Assembly (NCBI GenBank): GCA_951406725.2
Contig: OX597817.1
Location: forward strand, 87,358,001-87,422,000
Reading direction: 5' to 3'
Length of the DNA stretch: 64,000 nt
Origin: Octopus vulgaris
Taxonomy: Eukaryota
The notes beneath the pieces are model-generated. The model was not told where the DNA came from. It did no database searches and saw only the letters and a list, made by a program, of their open reading frames with translations. Below, one piece after another: positions 43,445 to 57,565 of this stretch (positions are counted from its first letter, which is position 1; each line of letters starts with the position of its first letter). Both the position numbers and the translations under genes were made by a program.

Positions 43445-43448
<4 letters not shown>
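42412..43448 (+). pseudogene. Mariner (SETMAR/Hsmar-like) transposase pseudogene with 3' TIR
   Basis: EQRANVKFCVRLGKSATE..FEWHGRFK..SLEDDERSG.P; WILHDDNA; SPDLAPEDF; stops and deletions; ggaactttttgatacca-TA terminus. Confidence 0.9.
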
Positions 43449-43520
<72 letters not shown>

Positions 43521-43539
43521 GTATGTATGTATGTTTCGG

Positions 43540-44600
43540 GAAGCAATCATTAGGAATTTCCTAAAGAATTCTGGGTATAGAATTCTCCTCACATAATATT
43601 AGTCTGTTAAATAAGAATCAATTTACTAATACTAACATTAATTTAGCTAATACCAACCATCCCCCTAGAAATATCAATAATAAGGTTATTGTCTCTGAAG
43701 TCAATTCCAACAGAATTAAGTTTATGTCAAGTAATTCTAAGATTAAAAACTCTATATAACAGTGTAAAATTACTTCAGGTACCGATGTCTTTTTTTTTAT
43801 ACAGGTAGTTCTTCTTCTCAGTTATCTAAAATATTTTCTAATCATTATTCCACATTTAGGGGTTTTAATAAACGTAACAGTACAGGGCTTAGTAAATTAA
43901 TTTGGTATCTAAATTTAATTTAGATTGGTTGATTCTTTCCATTTCGTTCCCATATGATAAAGGCAAGGAATTTTGTCATCTCTGTAATTGTGAGCTATTT
44001 TTTATTCTTTCTTCTAAAAATCCCCTTTATAGAGCGTGCTTATCGATGTAAACATTGGAAGAAACATACCTTTAGTTCATATAAGCGATATCTACCATTA
44101 TATATAATTTGAACATTGATTTTCTTCTTACGTTCCACTTCTACTAGATATATTTTCCCAAGACTTTAGGCTTTTATTTAATTCACATATCGTTCTATAT
44201 TTCTCATTTATTTGGTTTCTGCTTTTTCTTTCCTTAATCCCTCTTCTTTCTATAGGCTACCTTTGACGTTATATCCTCTAACGTTTTTTTTTTTAACTTA
44301 ATAGCGTTCAGTTCGTCACTATACATATCCATCATATTCTGTTAAAATGTCTTATTGACGAGCTTGTTTTATTTCTTCATTTCCTTGAAGAGAAGATTAC
44401 ATTGTTTTACACCATTTTATTCCTTTGGAATAATACCAATGATGTCTTCGAAAAATGTTTCGGAAGGAAAAGATTTTGAACAATACCTGCATTTAACTCA
44501 ATTTATTTATTTATATATATTATACAAAATATTTCACATAAACCCGGAGTTTCTACCTTTAAAAATACGGTGTTACGCCCTTTTTACTTGCACGATTTTT
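43540..44600 (-). mobile_element. Very decayed RT-like fragment, possibly Penelope-like
   Basis: Minus-strand HNYRDD at ~43975-43995 in a skewed AT-rich tract; weak. Confidence 0.3.
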
Positions 44601-44704
44601 TGCTGCTCTGGTAACTGTTTATCTATATTTCCGTGTTAATTGTAAACAAGGGGAAAATACACACAACTATTTATATTTATGTATGTATGTATGCATGTAT
44701 TATT

Positions 44705-45157
44705 TTATCATTTTGTTGTTTCAGCCATTAGAACATTTGTAATTGCACAGTAACAATGCTAGGGCACTGCCTTGAAGGATTTTAGTCGAACTAGTCGATT
44801 CCAGTACATACTTTTTTTTTATTTTGAGCATGGGTCTTAATCTGTCAGTCACTTGTGGCGAAAAGTAATTACGAGGCGTAACCAAATCAACACCGGTTGT
44901 CAAGTGGTAGTGGGGGACGGTCATACGCACGCACACACACAAACAATAACTCACTCACTCACACGCACTCATACACGCGGCACGCACACACATTTATGAC
45001 AAGTTTCTTTCAGTTTCCGTCTGCCAAATACACTCACATGACTTTGGGTAGCCTAGTCCTATTGCATAGCACCTTGCACTTGTGTATGATGCCATGCAAT
45101 GTGACTGAACTCCGAACCATATGCTTTGGTAGCAAATATCTTACCGCATGCCTGCGT
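44705..45157 (-). mobile_element. SINE family A, diverged
   Basis: Same layout as other family A copies. Confidence 0.7.
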
Positions 45158-45174
45158 CTAGGAAAGCTGTAGTG

Positions 45175-45232
45175 TACTCATGCCGGGAATCGAACCCTGG
45201 CCGTGTGGGTGAAAGCAACGAATCCTAATCAC
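45175..45232 (-). pseudogene. 5'-truncated tRNA-Glu(TTC)-like pseudogene
   Basis: Minus strand gtgattaggattcgttgCTTTCACccacacggccagggttcgattcccggcatgagt resembles eukaryotic tRNA-Glu; 5' acceptor strand missing and anticodon stem mismatched. Confidence 0.65.
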
Positions 45233-45269
45233 AGCGTATATATTTACACAAACACACACACACACACAC

Positions 45270-45379
<110 letters not shown>

Positions 45380-45539
45380 TGTGCGTGTGTTTGCGCGTGC
45401 GCATGTGTTTAAAAGGATGTTTAAAAGGAGCATTTGCATATATGTATAATCGTTTGTGCATTTGTATGTATGTATGTATGTACGTTGGTAGGTAGGTATG
45501 CATGTATCTATCTATCTATCTACTTGTGACACTATAAAT

Positions 45540-45758
45540 CGTTCCAATCCTGTACAACACGCTCGATCAAATAAGCCTAACCACAACTTTAGGAATCAAG
45601 ATGTCCTCTGGTTCAACCCGATTTTCGTTTCGCATGCTTCAACCAAGATCGCTGGAAAATTTTTTTACTGCTTTGGACAAATGTTTTCCTAAAATTAATC
45701 AGTATCATGCTACTTTTAAACGGCACACCGTGAAAGTAACCTACACTAACTCTGCCAA
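45540..45758 (+). mobile_element. Penelope-like element coding fragment (RT thumb/linker before GIY-YIG)
   Basis: DVLWFNPIF..STKIAGKFF / LDKCFPKINQYHATFKRHTVKVTY (cf. IWFNPP..TNIGKxFL..DKHFP..FNRxTVKVSY), one frameshift. Confidence 0.7.
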
Positions 45759-45775
45759 TATATATATATATATAT

Positions 45776-46841
45776 ATGAAGCCATAGCGACTGAAGAAGG
45801 GGGTTTTTCTTTGTGTTAATTGTCCTGTACTCTATTTTTTTGTTGTTTAAAAAAATGTCCAGTTCCTTGGGTTTGTGTCTATGTTTTCGTTTCTCATTGT
45901 GTTCGACGTCTTTTTGGCGTCCGGTACTCATATATTCGTGTATATGTACATGTAGAGGTAGGTACGTACATATATGTTTATATATATGCATATGTTTTAT
46001 TTATTAATATATTATATGACGAAACGCACGCATCCCTTTTTAAGTAAGATTGTTCTTGATATTAACTTTCATGCGCACTCTTAACCTTTCTGTCCCATCC
46101 CTTTCTCAGCCTTCATTCTTTGATTTCCTTTTCCTCTACTTAAGTTGTCTCTCCCTCTCTCTCATTCTTCACTCTCTCTCTCTCTCTCTCCCTCTCTCAT
46201 TCTTCATGGTTTCCTCACAACCATTCCCCTTCTTCTCTCCCTTTCTCTTGCTCCTCCTCCCCCTCCCGTCGTTGACCCGCGACGAGACTTCCGCTACTGT
46301 CTTTCTAGCCTAACACTCTCGAGGTGTGGACGACAATTATTTTTGCTCCGTTCGTCGTTCACAAAAAAAATCCGAGTTCGTAATACTTTTTTCGTTCGGC
46401 GTTAACAGCCCTTCTTATCTTGTTTTTCCTTGTCCTGTCTTTTACTGTTTATAATTTGTACTGTCGTTACTGTCCTGTTTTTGTTACCATTTTTTACCCC
46501 TCTGCGAAAAGATCTCAAAATTTTAATTGATTTGCTTTTCGCAGGAAGGAAAGTTTCTTGTCGAAGATACGTCTCGCTTTCACCTTCGAAACGTAGAGTA
46601 GATGAAACCATAGCGACTGAAGAAGGGTTTTTTTCTTTGTGTTAATTGTCCTGTACTCTATTTTTGTTGTTGTTTAAAAAAATGTCCAGTTCCTTGGGTT
46701 TGTGTCTATGTTTTCGTTTCTCATTGTGTTCGACGTCTTTTTGGTGTCCTGTACTCATATATGCGTGTATATGTACATGTAGAGGTAGGTACGTACATAT
46801 ATGTTTATATATATATGCATATGTTTTATTTATTAATATAT
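45776..46841 (+). mobile_element. Non-coding PLE-type/retrozyme-like element with ~240-bp direct terminal repeats, flanked by (TA)n
   Basis: 45776-46012 matches 46602-46841; unit length ~830 bp; no ORF with recognisable homology. Confidence 0.8.
46568..46628 (+). ncRNA. Putative non-circularly permuted hammerhead ribozyme
   Basis: TACGTC (46568-73) TCGCT (46574-78) ..ACCTTC GAAA CGTA (46582-95) ..AGCGA (46612-16) CTGAAGA (46617-23) AGGGT; stems I and III pair and covary with the 58970 copy. Confidence 0.65.
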
Positions 46842-48284
46842 ATATATATCTATATATATGCTTGTTGAATGTGCATGTTTAAGAGGAAGTCTTGAAATAC
46901 CTCATTTACAGTCTGCATTTTTCACGAACATTTCTAGTTTAATATACTGCACCATTTTTCTTGATTTAATTGTGTGCGTAGTTACTGGATACTATTCATT
47001 CAGTCAAATATTTATTGAACTATATATTTGCGTATATATTATAATAGTGTATAAGCATGTTTTCAAAAAATTACTGGCATATGTGAAGGAGTTCTGTGGT
47101 GTCGATTATTACAGTCTGTCTGTCTTTGAGGAAAAATTATTTTTAGTGTTATGAATGAAATTTGGAATGAAATGAAATCTAAAAATTCTGAAATAATTCA
47201 ACCGCGTTTACATATTCAACATATATTTAATCTGTAAAATATAACTATTTTCTCAAGAATTATACTCAACTTGTATATATGGAGCCAAGATAAATAATAA
47301 AGAAATGCCGGTGGCATGTATTTGAAAAGCAAAGTCGAATTAGGATATATTACCTAACGTACAATACAAATTCTTAATATATCGAAATTATCTTCGCTTC
47401 CAGGGATGGTAGAGCATCAACTCCAGATCTCAAGAATGAAGACTTCTTCAAAATTAATATCCCATAAATGAAAGAGCAGTTTGATCGTCGCGAGCTTCTG
47501 TTTCAATGGGAGTCAGCAGCTTTGCAGGTAGCCTGCCTCAACAAAACGAGACACTTAGATACATACGAAAATAAAAATAACAACTCTAAATGACCAGCGG
47601 ATAGATCAAATATATAAAAAAGTAAGTTATGTTAAATAATATTCAAGATAAATTCTTGATTTATTGAAATTCCTTACAGTAGAGATAAAAAAAAATTGCT
47701 TGGTGGTAATTGGCATCAACTCCAAATGAGATAATCTCAAGAATCAAGAATTCTTCAAAATTTACATGCCTTGAAAGAAAAGCCAGCCTGATTGCCTATG
47801 CATGTATACAAATAAGTATGCAGATATATACATCAACTGAAAGTTATTTACGTGGCTATATAGTTAGGAATATCATTAAAGATTTTCATATGATTTTCAT
47901 AGCTGTAATTTTCTTTCTTTTATTGAAATAGTATAATTTATGTAAAATACATTTTAAGTGTATGCGAACCTACTTAAAATTCTAATTGAAGTGTACATCA
48001 TATCGTTTAACCATCTTCCTCTGAAAGAATTTATATGTTTCTCCTGTCATATAATTGTTTTTCTCACTCTTCTGCTCTAGGACAGTGATTTAAATCTTTC
48101 AATCACCAACAAACATATACATAGTTTTAATGAATTTCTTTGCTTAACCTTCCAATTATAATTTTATATCTTTTCCTTTAATGTAGTGTTAGAGTTGTAA
48201 AGTCGTTTGTTGAGCGTAGAATGATGTGCTTCATATTATTTATTCTTACTTTTCCACAATTTGAGTCAAATTCATGTCTGCTTT

Positions 48285-48352
<68 letters not shown>

Positions 48353-49036
48353 GTATGTGTGTGTGAGTTAGAAAATTATCACAGACTAATTGTTGATCTT
48401 TCGAATGTCTTTTGTACATACATTTCAAGTGGTTTACATAATAAGTTGATATGTAAGTTCCACTCTTATAATTTATTTAGACCTATTTGAATATTACGGT
48501 TATGATACAACTCGAGAATAGTAGAGGAACATTAATATGGACACAGAGTCCAAAGTATCTAAACGTTCTGCTTCAAGATATACTACTGAATATATAAACA
48601 GGGTGGTCCATAATGATGGGACACATTTTTAATGCTAGAATCTTGGATTATAAAAATGACATCTGTTACCAAATATATTTATTACATAACTAATATAAAG
48701 AAGTTCAACATATAATCTAAGAATTGAATATTACATCCTGGAGATGGTCACCACCACGGAGAGAACATTCACGAGCTCGCTTTCTCATATCAAGCACCTG
48801 GAGATTTTTACTTCTGGATATTGTCTGTCTCACGGAAGTTTGTAAAACACCCAGGATCACCATTTGGGATGACGCATGCTGCCTTCCAAAATGTTGTCGG
48901 AGTTTTCTTTAGGCTGCACAATGGATCTTTGGATAGTGAAGTTTGCTTCGACCACGTATGCAATTTCTTTTGTAGTACACATTATGAGGGTCACCAACAC
49001 CAACAACCCGTAAAAAATAATAAAATCTTAGATAAT

Positions 49037-49227
49037 ATTCTTTTACGTGCTTCAGTCATTTCACTGCGGTCATGCTGGAGCACCGCCTTTAGTCGAACAA
49101 ATCCATCCCAGGACTTATTCTTAGTAAGCCTGAAACTTATTCTCTTTTGCCGAACCGCTAGGTTACGGGGAAGTAAACACACCACTGTTTGTCAAGCGCG
49201 GGGGGGGGGACAAACACAGACACAGAA

Positions 49228-49258
<31 letters not shown>

Positions 49259-49725
49259 CATACATGGAGGCACAATGGCCCAGTGGTTTCGATTCCAAGA
49301 CCGGGTGTTGTGAGTGTTTATTGAGCGAAAACACGTAAAGCTCCACGAGGCAGCGGCAGGGAATGGTGGCGATCCCTACTGTATTCTTTCGCCACAACTT
49401 TCTCTCACTCTTTCTTCTGTCGGCCTGCTCGCTTAGCCAGCGGGGTGGCGTCATTTCAAGGCTAAAATAATGCGAAGCGCATTGTGACTAACGATGTGTA
49501 GCAACATATGATAGCCTTGTCGGTCACGGTGGTCACGGTGATATATATATATATATATATATGATGGGCTTCTTTCTGTTTCCATTCACTAAATTCACTC
49601 ACAAGGCTTTAGTTGGCACGAGGCCATAGTAGAATACATTTGTTCAAGGTGCCACGCAGTGGGACTGAGCCGGGAGCCGTGTGGTTGGTAAGCAAGCATC
49701 TTACCACACAGCGACTTCTGCGACT
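49037..49725 (-). mobile_element. SINE family A nested in the mariner element
   Basis: Tail 49037-49225 and head 49563-49725, split at the internal (TA)n. Confidence 0.85.
49267..49541 (+). mobile_element. Third SINE-type family nested in the (TA)n of the family A copy
   Basis: tRNA-like head ggaggcacaatggcccagtgg..gtttcgattcc (internally deleted); tail ggtcacggt x2; (TA)n on both sides. Confidence 0.7.
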
Positions 49726-49848
49726 ATGTTGAACTTCTGTGTATCAGTTATGTAATAAATATATTTGGTACTCTATGTCATTTTTATAATCCAAGATATT
49801 AGCAATTAAAATATCTCCCATCATTATGGCCCACCCTCTGTTTGTGTG

Positions 49849-49923
<75 letters not shown>

Positions 49924-50689
49924 ACATATATAACCATTATTGTTATGTTCTTGAAATTTTTTTTCTCCTTTCAACTCGCCGTAATAATGGGTGCTATTTA
50001 GTTACACTCCAATTCGATACATATTCTCTTATATCATGTCATGCATATGCCTACACTTCGAAAATTTCAACAATAGCATTGTGGTCATGAATATCATATA
50101 TATATATATTCCACTGTACCTAGCCTTCCACTGTACCTAGCTTCAGAACACATCTATATTTTATATCAAGGATTATAAACTTCAAATCAGACTGCTCTAT
50201 TGCAGCATAAACAATTGTTACTTTTCTGTTGACTCTTGTGTTCCGCAAAATCTTTCCCACACATTTTCTCTAGTTCTATTAACTGTTTTCTGTTACATCT
50301 AACTATAAGCAAAAAAAAAAAGAAAAAAAAGATACCTTCTTCACCCCTATTTCACGTTCTATATGCTGTCATCCTTCACATGTAGTAGGAAAACCTCCCA
50401 CGAAGCAATTTACTGATTCCATGATTAGAGACCTTTGAAATTATTCATTAGTTAGAAAACAACTTTCATAAGCACAAATACACGATTCTTGCAGAAATCA
50501 AGTAAACAGTCTTGTACTGCAGGAACAATTCATGGATCTTTTGTATATCTATACATCTGAACATATCAACATGCCTTAGTGTCACGCTCCAAACCATGAA
50601 ACAAAATGGAAAACTGAAAATTTACATTATTCATAGATATATACTACAGAGATGCACACGTCTATATGTGTATATATACATATACAAAT

Positions 50690-52014
<1,325 letters not shown>

Positions 52015-53099
52015 GTGTTTTCATAAACTCATATGTATACAAGAGATATATAATATGTAAAAATATTTCTATACATGCACTTGCACAGAAGTGTCTGTGT
52101 GTGAATGTGTGTGTGTGCAAGTGTGAATGCGAGCCTGTGTGCATGCGGCAGTGTTCGTGTACCTGTGTGTGGGAACGCGTGACTGTATGTGTTTCGTGTA
52201 TGAGTTTGTGTACGCGTGTGTGCATATATGTCTGTGTACTTGTATGCAAGCGTGTAGGCGTTTGTGCGTGTATGTACGTGTGTGTGTATGTGTGCTTGTG
52301 TTTATTGGATTTTCCCACCTCCTTAAGTGAATCTCCGCTCAGCTAATGCTATGTCGACATCAATATCATAGTTTTGATAGTATTGTTTCTTTGCACGTGA
52401 GCTAGCTACCAGGGATCATAAATGGATGTCCTACGAAATTGCCAAGAAACCAAACAAGTGCTGCCACCACCACCGGTTGCCAAGCAACAACCAGAATATT
52501 ACAGCTCTTCTAGGATGGATATGTTGTCGGCCCCGGAGGGATAATCGATTGAGAAAGTGCTGACAATTTATGGTGGTGGCAGGATTTATTATAAATATGA
52601 CCAATGCAGTTAGGTCGTAGAGGGTTGGGTTACAGTGGTAGGACGACACACACACACACACACAAAAAGAAAATGGATGAATACTAGATACAAAATAAAC
52701 AGACACCATCACAGACAACCGTTGTGTTGCCAGACAACGAAAATGTGCGCGAATATGTGCGTATGTATGTGAGTATGTGTATGTGTACGTTTGTATGTAT
52801 ATGTATGTTTGTATTATAAATATTTAAAAAAATGCACGCACACATACACACACCCGCACACACATATATATTTATGTGTGTGTGTGTGCACATGTACATA
52901 ATGTAATGCATACATATGTGTGTGGGGAGGTGCGTGTGTGTTATTTTAAACCGATGGATTATGTACATGTATACACAACCATAATTGCACGTGCACACAT
53001 TCACACACAATCACGCGTGTCTATATGTTTGCATAAACACATGTACACGAGCTCACTTTTACCCACATACTGGTTCCAGCACTATGCATCTATATGTAA

Positions 53100-53130
<31 letters not shown>

Positions 53131-53916
53131 TGTATGTATGTATGTATGTATGTACGTACGCATATATGAATCTATGTATGCATATGTGTGTGTGAGAGAG
53201 TATGTTTGCGTGCGTATGTATGTGTGAATATATGCATGTTGGTCATACGTGAATATATGTATTTGTTAATATGATAGATATTTTGTGATGTATGTGTATG
53301 TGTGTGTGTGTGTGCGCGCGCACATACACACCCACACACTCACACATACACACATGCACCCAATGTATTTGAAGAATTGCTGAGATAATTTATCTGAGAG
53401 AAAAATGAATACAGGGTTAGGAGTCAAGTAAAAGAAGTAAAAATGTTATGGACGAAGAGAAAAAGAACGGAGAAAATAGGAAAAGAGATCCAGATAGAGA
53501 AAAACGACATATGTAAGTGGTTGGTTATAAATAGATATAAGAGTGTATGTACAGGTTATATATATTTATTTGAATAACGGAGGAGAATAGTGCGATTCCG
53601 TGTGGGCCCAAAGAACTTTCATATTCTCTTGTAACATTGATATTATTGGGAGAATACGATGCTGCTGGAAGGTACTAAAATTGTTGTGAACCTTCATTTT
53701 ATATATGGTGAAATGCGTGTTCTGCAGTCTACATAGTATGTAAAACAGGTGGTAACAAGACTGCCAGGAATAACTAGTAGACATTTTGGAAAGGTCGGGT
53801 TGTGATTTGGAAAGAAGAGATGTCTTCTCGGAAAGGGAAGTTAAGATCCTAGAAAGACAGTGGAAGCAACATGGCAACTCCACATAAGAAGAAATGGGTT
53901 CATGGTATGAAATCAG

Positions 53917-53976
<60 letters not shown>

Positions 53977-54799
53977 AAGCATGAGAGAAAGGGGAAGGGA
54001 TGAAGAGAGCAAACTCTTCAAGAACAACTTATATAGCGATGCCTATAGCTTATAGCGGGTTGGTGGGGATATTCAAAGTGGGTTAATAGCTATGTCATAA
54101 TAATGATACGTGGTGCTAGATAACAACACATATCGGTAATGGTCCATAAGATGATTGGCAGTTGCTGAAAAGAGAAAGCATTTCAGTGTATTCAGGACCC
54201 TCTAAGTTGTCTACGAACCCAACGAAAATTGACAATATCCAAGCCTATATAGCTGAAGATAAGATTTTACATTTAGAAAAGTAAGCACCTCCACCAGAAT
54301 AATCAATGAAAGGTGCTGAACTAGACCTGTAGAGACTGCGGTAATCCTGAAGAAGAAACAAGAAAACCGGTTTCAGATGAAGAAATTTCAGTCGCGGAAA
54401 AAAAAATAGACGCTAAAAGAACAACTCATTAGAAGTGAAGAAAAGCATGCCATTCATTTTGAAGGAAGTAAAGAAAGTGTATTCGAGGAACGTCAAGAGA
54501 TGAGAACGTACGTTAGAAAAGGACTAGAAAGTAGAAATGTGTTGAATCCATTTCTGGACTCATTGAAAGTTACTTGTCCAACAGAGGTCAATTTCCTTAA
54601 AACATATTTAAAGACTACGATATCATTATATGCTTAAACATACAATCGCTGCTGATTTGAGTGTAAAGTCCATTTCGGTCTTTCGGATCTTACAAGCAAA
54701 GACCTCAAGATGTCTGTGAAAGCTTAAAAGCGTTTCAAACAAGATTCACAATAACTTGGTGCCCTCAAGTTGTTGGCGTGTCATTTGCAACGACGAGGA

Positions 54800-55290
54800 A
54801 AGAATAACTTGCAATACAAGACCAACATTTTGTTGTGGACCAGACGGTGCAAGAGAATCAATTCCATCGGATAATCTTCATATATGTAGGAGGGAAGGTG
54901 TTTTCTGGATGAGTACTGGTAAGAGTAACATGAAGTGCATACTGCACTAACTGAGTCTATTGATACATAGATGAAAAGAGCCAGCGATTGCCAAACTGCC
55001 TTGAAATTATTTGCTGCTACTCTCAGCTTGCTAAAAAGGCAAGAAAAGACTTTTGAATTATTTGTATTGACTAGTCAATTTGGAAAAACTAAAGATAGAT
55101 ATCATGAGCAAGTATGCCATTTCTACACTTTTCTTTAAGATACTTATGGAATTGGTTTTGAGATTGTAAAAACATAATCGGTGGGAATAAAGATTCAAAC
55201 ACACGTGTTACTGCTAATGTTGCTTGGCTTTGATAGATGACATTACTGCCATAATGGGCAAGAGAGACAAGAACTAACACGACTGTACGC
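54800..55290 (+). mobile_element. Very decayed non-LTR RT fragment (RLE-type/Hero-like)
   Basis: CGPDG, AKKARKDF*IICID and ALIDDIT resemble PGPDG, AKxxKKDLxVVWLD and AFMDDIT. Confidence 0.35.
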
Positions 55291-55389
55291 AAAAGACAAT
55301 AATATCAGTTTGTCCATAAGGCGAGTCAGGTTTAAGAAGTCTGCCTACAATTTCCAGCGGAGCTGATACCGAAGATCGGGGAGAAATCT

Positions 55390-56055
55390 ATTAAGGACCT
55401 TGTCCTTATGTATGTATGTAAGTACGTATGTATGTGTGTATGCATGCATGCATGTATGCATGTATGTATGTACGTATGTATGCAGGTATATATGTATGCA
55501 TGCATGTATGTAAGTGTGCATGTCTGTAGGCATGTATTATGTATGTATATATGTCATTATTCAGTTTTATTTCAAGATTTCTTGCCAATAGAGTAAGAGC
55601 CGCTTCTAATCTAGTTTCAAGGCTCCTCTATTGGAATTTCAACATCAGCAAGGTATTTTTGTATGTTTGTATGTAGGTATATATGCATGTATGTATGTAT
55701 GTATGTATGTATGTATGTATGTATGTATGTATGTATGTATGTATGTATGTATGTATGTATGTATGTACGTACGTATGTATGTATTATGTATTCATGTATG
55801 CTTGTAGTTACGTATGTATGTATGTACTATGTATGTGTGTATGTATGTATGCATGCATGCATGTATGTATGTATGTATGTACGTATGTGTGTATGAATAT
55901 GTACGTGTGTATGTATTATGTATTCATGTATGCTTGTAGTTATGTATGTATGTATGTACTATGTATGTATGTATGTATGTATGCATGCATGTATGTATGT
56001 ATGTATGTATGTATGTATGTATGTATTTATGCATGTATGTATGTATGTGTGTATG
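55390..56055. repeat. (TATG)n field with an internal ~90-bp duplication
   Basis: gtattatgtattcatgtatgcttgtagtta occurs at ~55780 and ~55913. Confidence 0.9.
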
Positions 56056-57239
56056 TAGTTATCTTTCAACCTAGGACTAGTTTCAAGTCAAGAAACAATA
56101 TTTTTTTATGGGGATTTAGACAAAATCAGTTGGGTAGTTTTGTATGCAGGTATTCATATATGTGAGCATGCATATGTATGCACGAGTGTATACGTATACA
56201 TTCGTATGTGCACACACATATGGAGACGATTATGGATGTCATTATATGTGTAGATCTTATTACATGCTAAACTTTATGAATATTTTATATATTTTGACAG
56301 TACCCTTGAGAGATCGTAGCTGTAATATTCTGACTAGGCGTGCTCTTTCTGAATTTGTGTATTCTCAAGATTGGTATTGAAGAATTTAGTCACGTAGCCA
56401 AGTGTTCCAATAATTAATGTTGGAAATCTAAAACTGAAATCCGGTTGCGGTAACTGTATGCTTGGAAAATAAGCAGATGTGAATGTATGTATATTTGTAT
56501 GATCTTATGAATGATGAATGTATGGATGTATGATTGTATAAATGTCTGTGTATGTGTATATGTACATGTATGTGGAAATTGAATTTGCAGTAGAAACCCA
56601 CGTATATTGGAGGTATATCGTTTGTAGATCCAATATAGGTAGAATCAGCAAAAACGGAACAAAAAATATGTGTCGATAAAAAAAAAAAAAACAACCTGTC
56701 CATACATTAATATCTACTAAAAATTTCGGATCTGGAATTAAGCAGTGCGTTGGAATTGTTAGATCTAAGAAAAATATAAGATCTTTCTGCTATGCATAAG
56801 TCGAATTTCTGAAATCCATTAACATGCAACTTGGATCCTCCACGATACTCTACCTATTTTCTGCTATTTTGCTCTATACCAGCTGTATTAATTGAGGTTT
56901 CTGCCATAAAGAGGAAGGAGATCTTAGTTTTCTTGATTTCGTTTCTTTCTTCTCGTGTTTTATTTTCACGTTTTTTTTCTTATTTTCCCACTGTCCAGCG
57001 TCCTTATTTTAAATATATATATAACGCATAAACAGAGCTTAAAAGATTGCTTGGAAATACATGGTGTATTTTATAAATATGTTTAGTTAAAGAATCATAA
57101 AAGCATGAAACTATTAGTAGCTCTTTCGGTTGTTTATTAAATCGATATTTACCTCTCACTGGGTGGAGTACTTTTTATTGATTCTACCTATAGTGGACCT
57201 ATGTTATACACACACACACACGTGTGTGTGTGTGTGTGT

Positions 57240-57482
57240 GGAGGCGCATGGCTTAGTGGTTAGGGTGCAAGTATCATGAGCGTAAGATTGTGGTTTCGAT
57301 TCCTGGACCGGGCGACGCGTTGTTCTTGAGCAAAACACTTCATTTCACGTTGCTCCAGTCCACTCAGCTGGCAAAAATTAGTAACGCTGCGATGGACTGG
57401 CGTCCCGTCCAGCTGGGGAACACATACGGCCATAGAAAGCGGGAAACCGGGCCCATGAGCCTGGTTAGGCTTTAAAAGGGCG
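57240..57482 (+). mobile_element. tRNA-derived SINE with a V-domain-like centre
   Basis: A box tggcttagtgg, B box gtttcgattcc, ctgcgatggactggcgtcccgtccag; (ATT)n tail; a degenerate relative lies at ~968-1100. Confidence 0.75.
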
Positions 57483-57495
57483 TATTTATTATTAA

Positions 57496-57565
<70 letters not shown>

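Larger units (their letters stand above)
48599..49838 (-). mobile_element. Internally deleted Tc1/mariner element with ~115-bp TIRs and nested SINEs
   Basis: TIRs 48599-48712 and 49725-49838 (agggtggNccataatgatggga..); transposase end RKRARECSLRGGDHLQDVIF. Confidence 0.8.

Noticed and set aside
46530-46546. ttttcgcag/g as a splice acceptor
   Set aside because: The AG is not kept in the 58942 copy (tttgcggg) while the hairpin pairing is, so structure explains it better.
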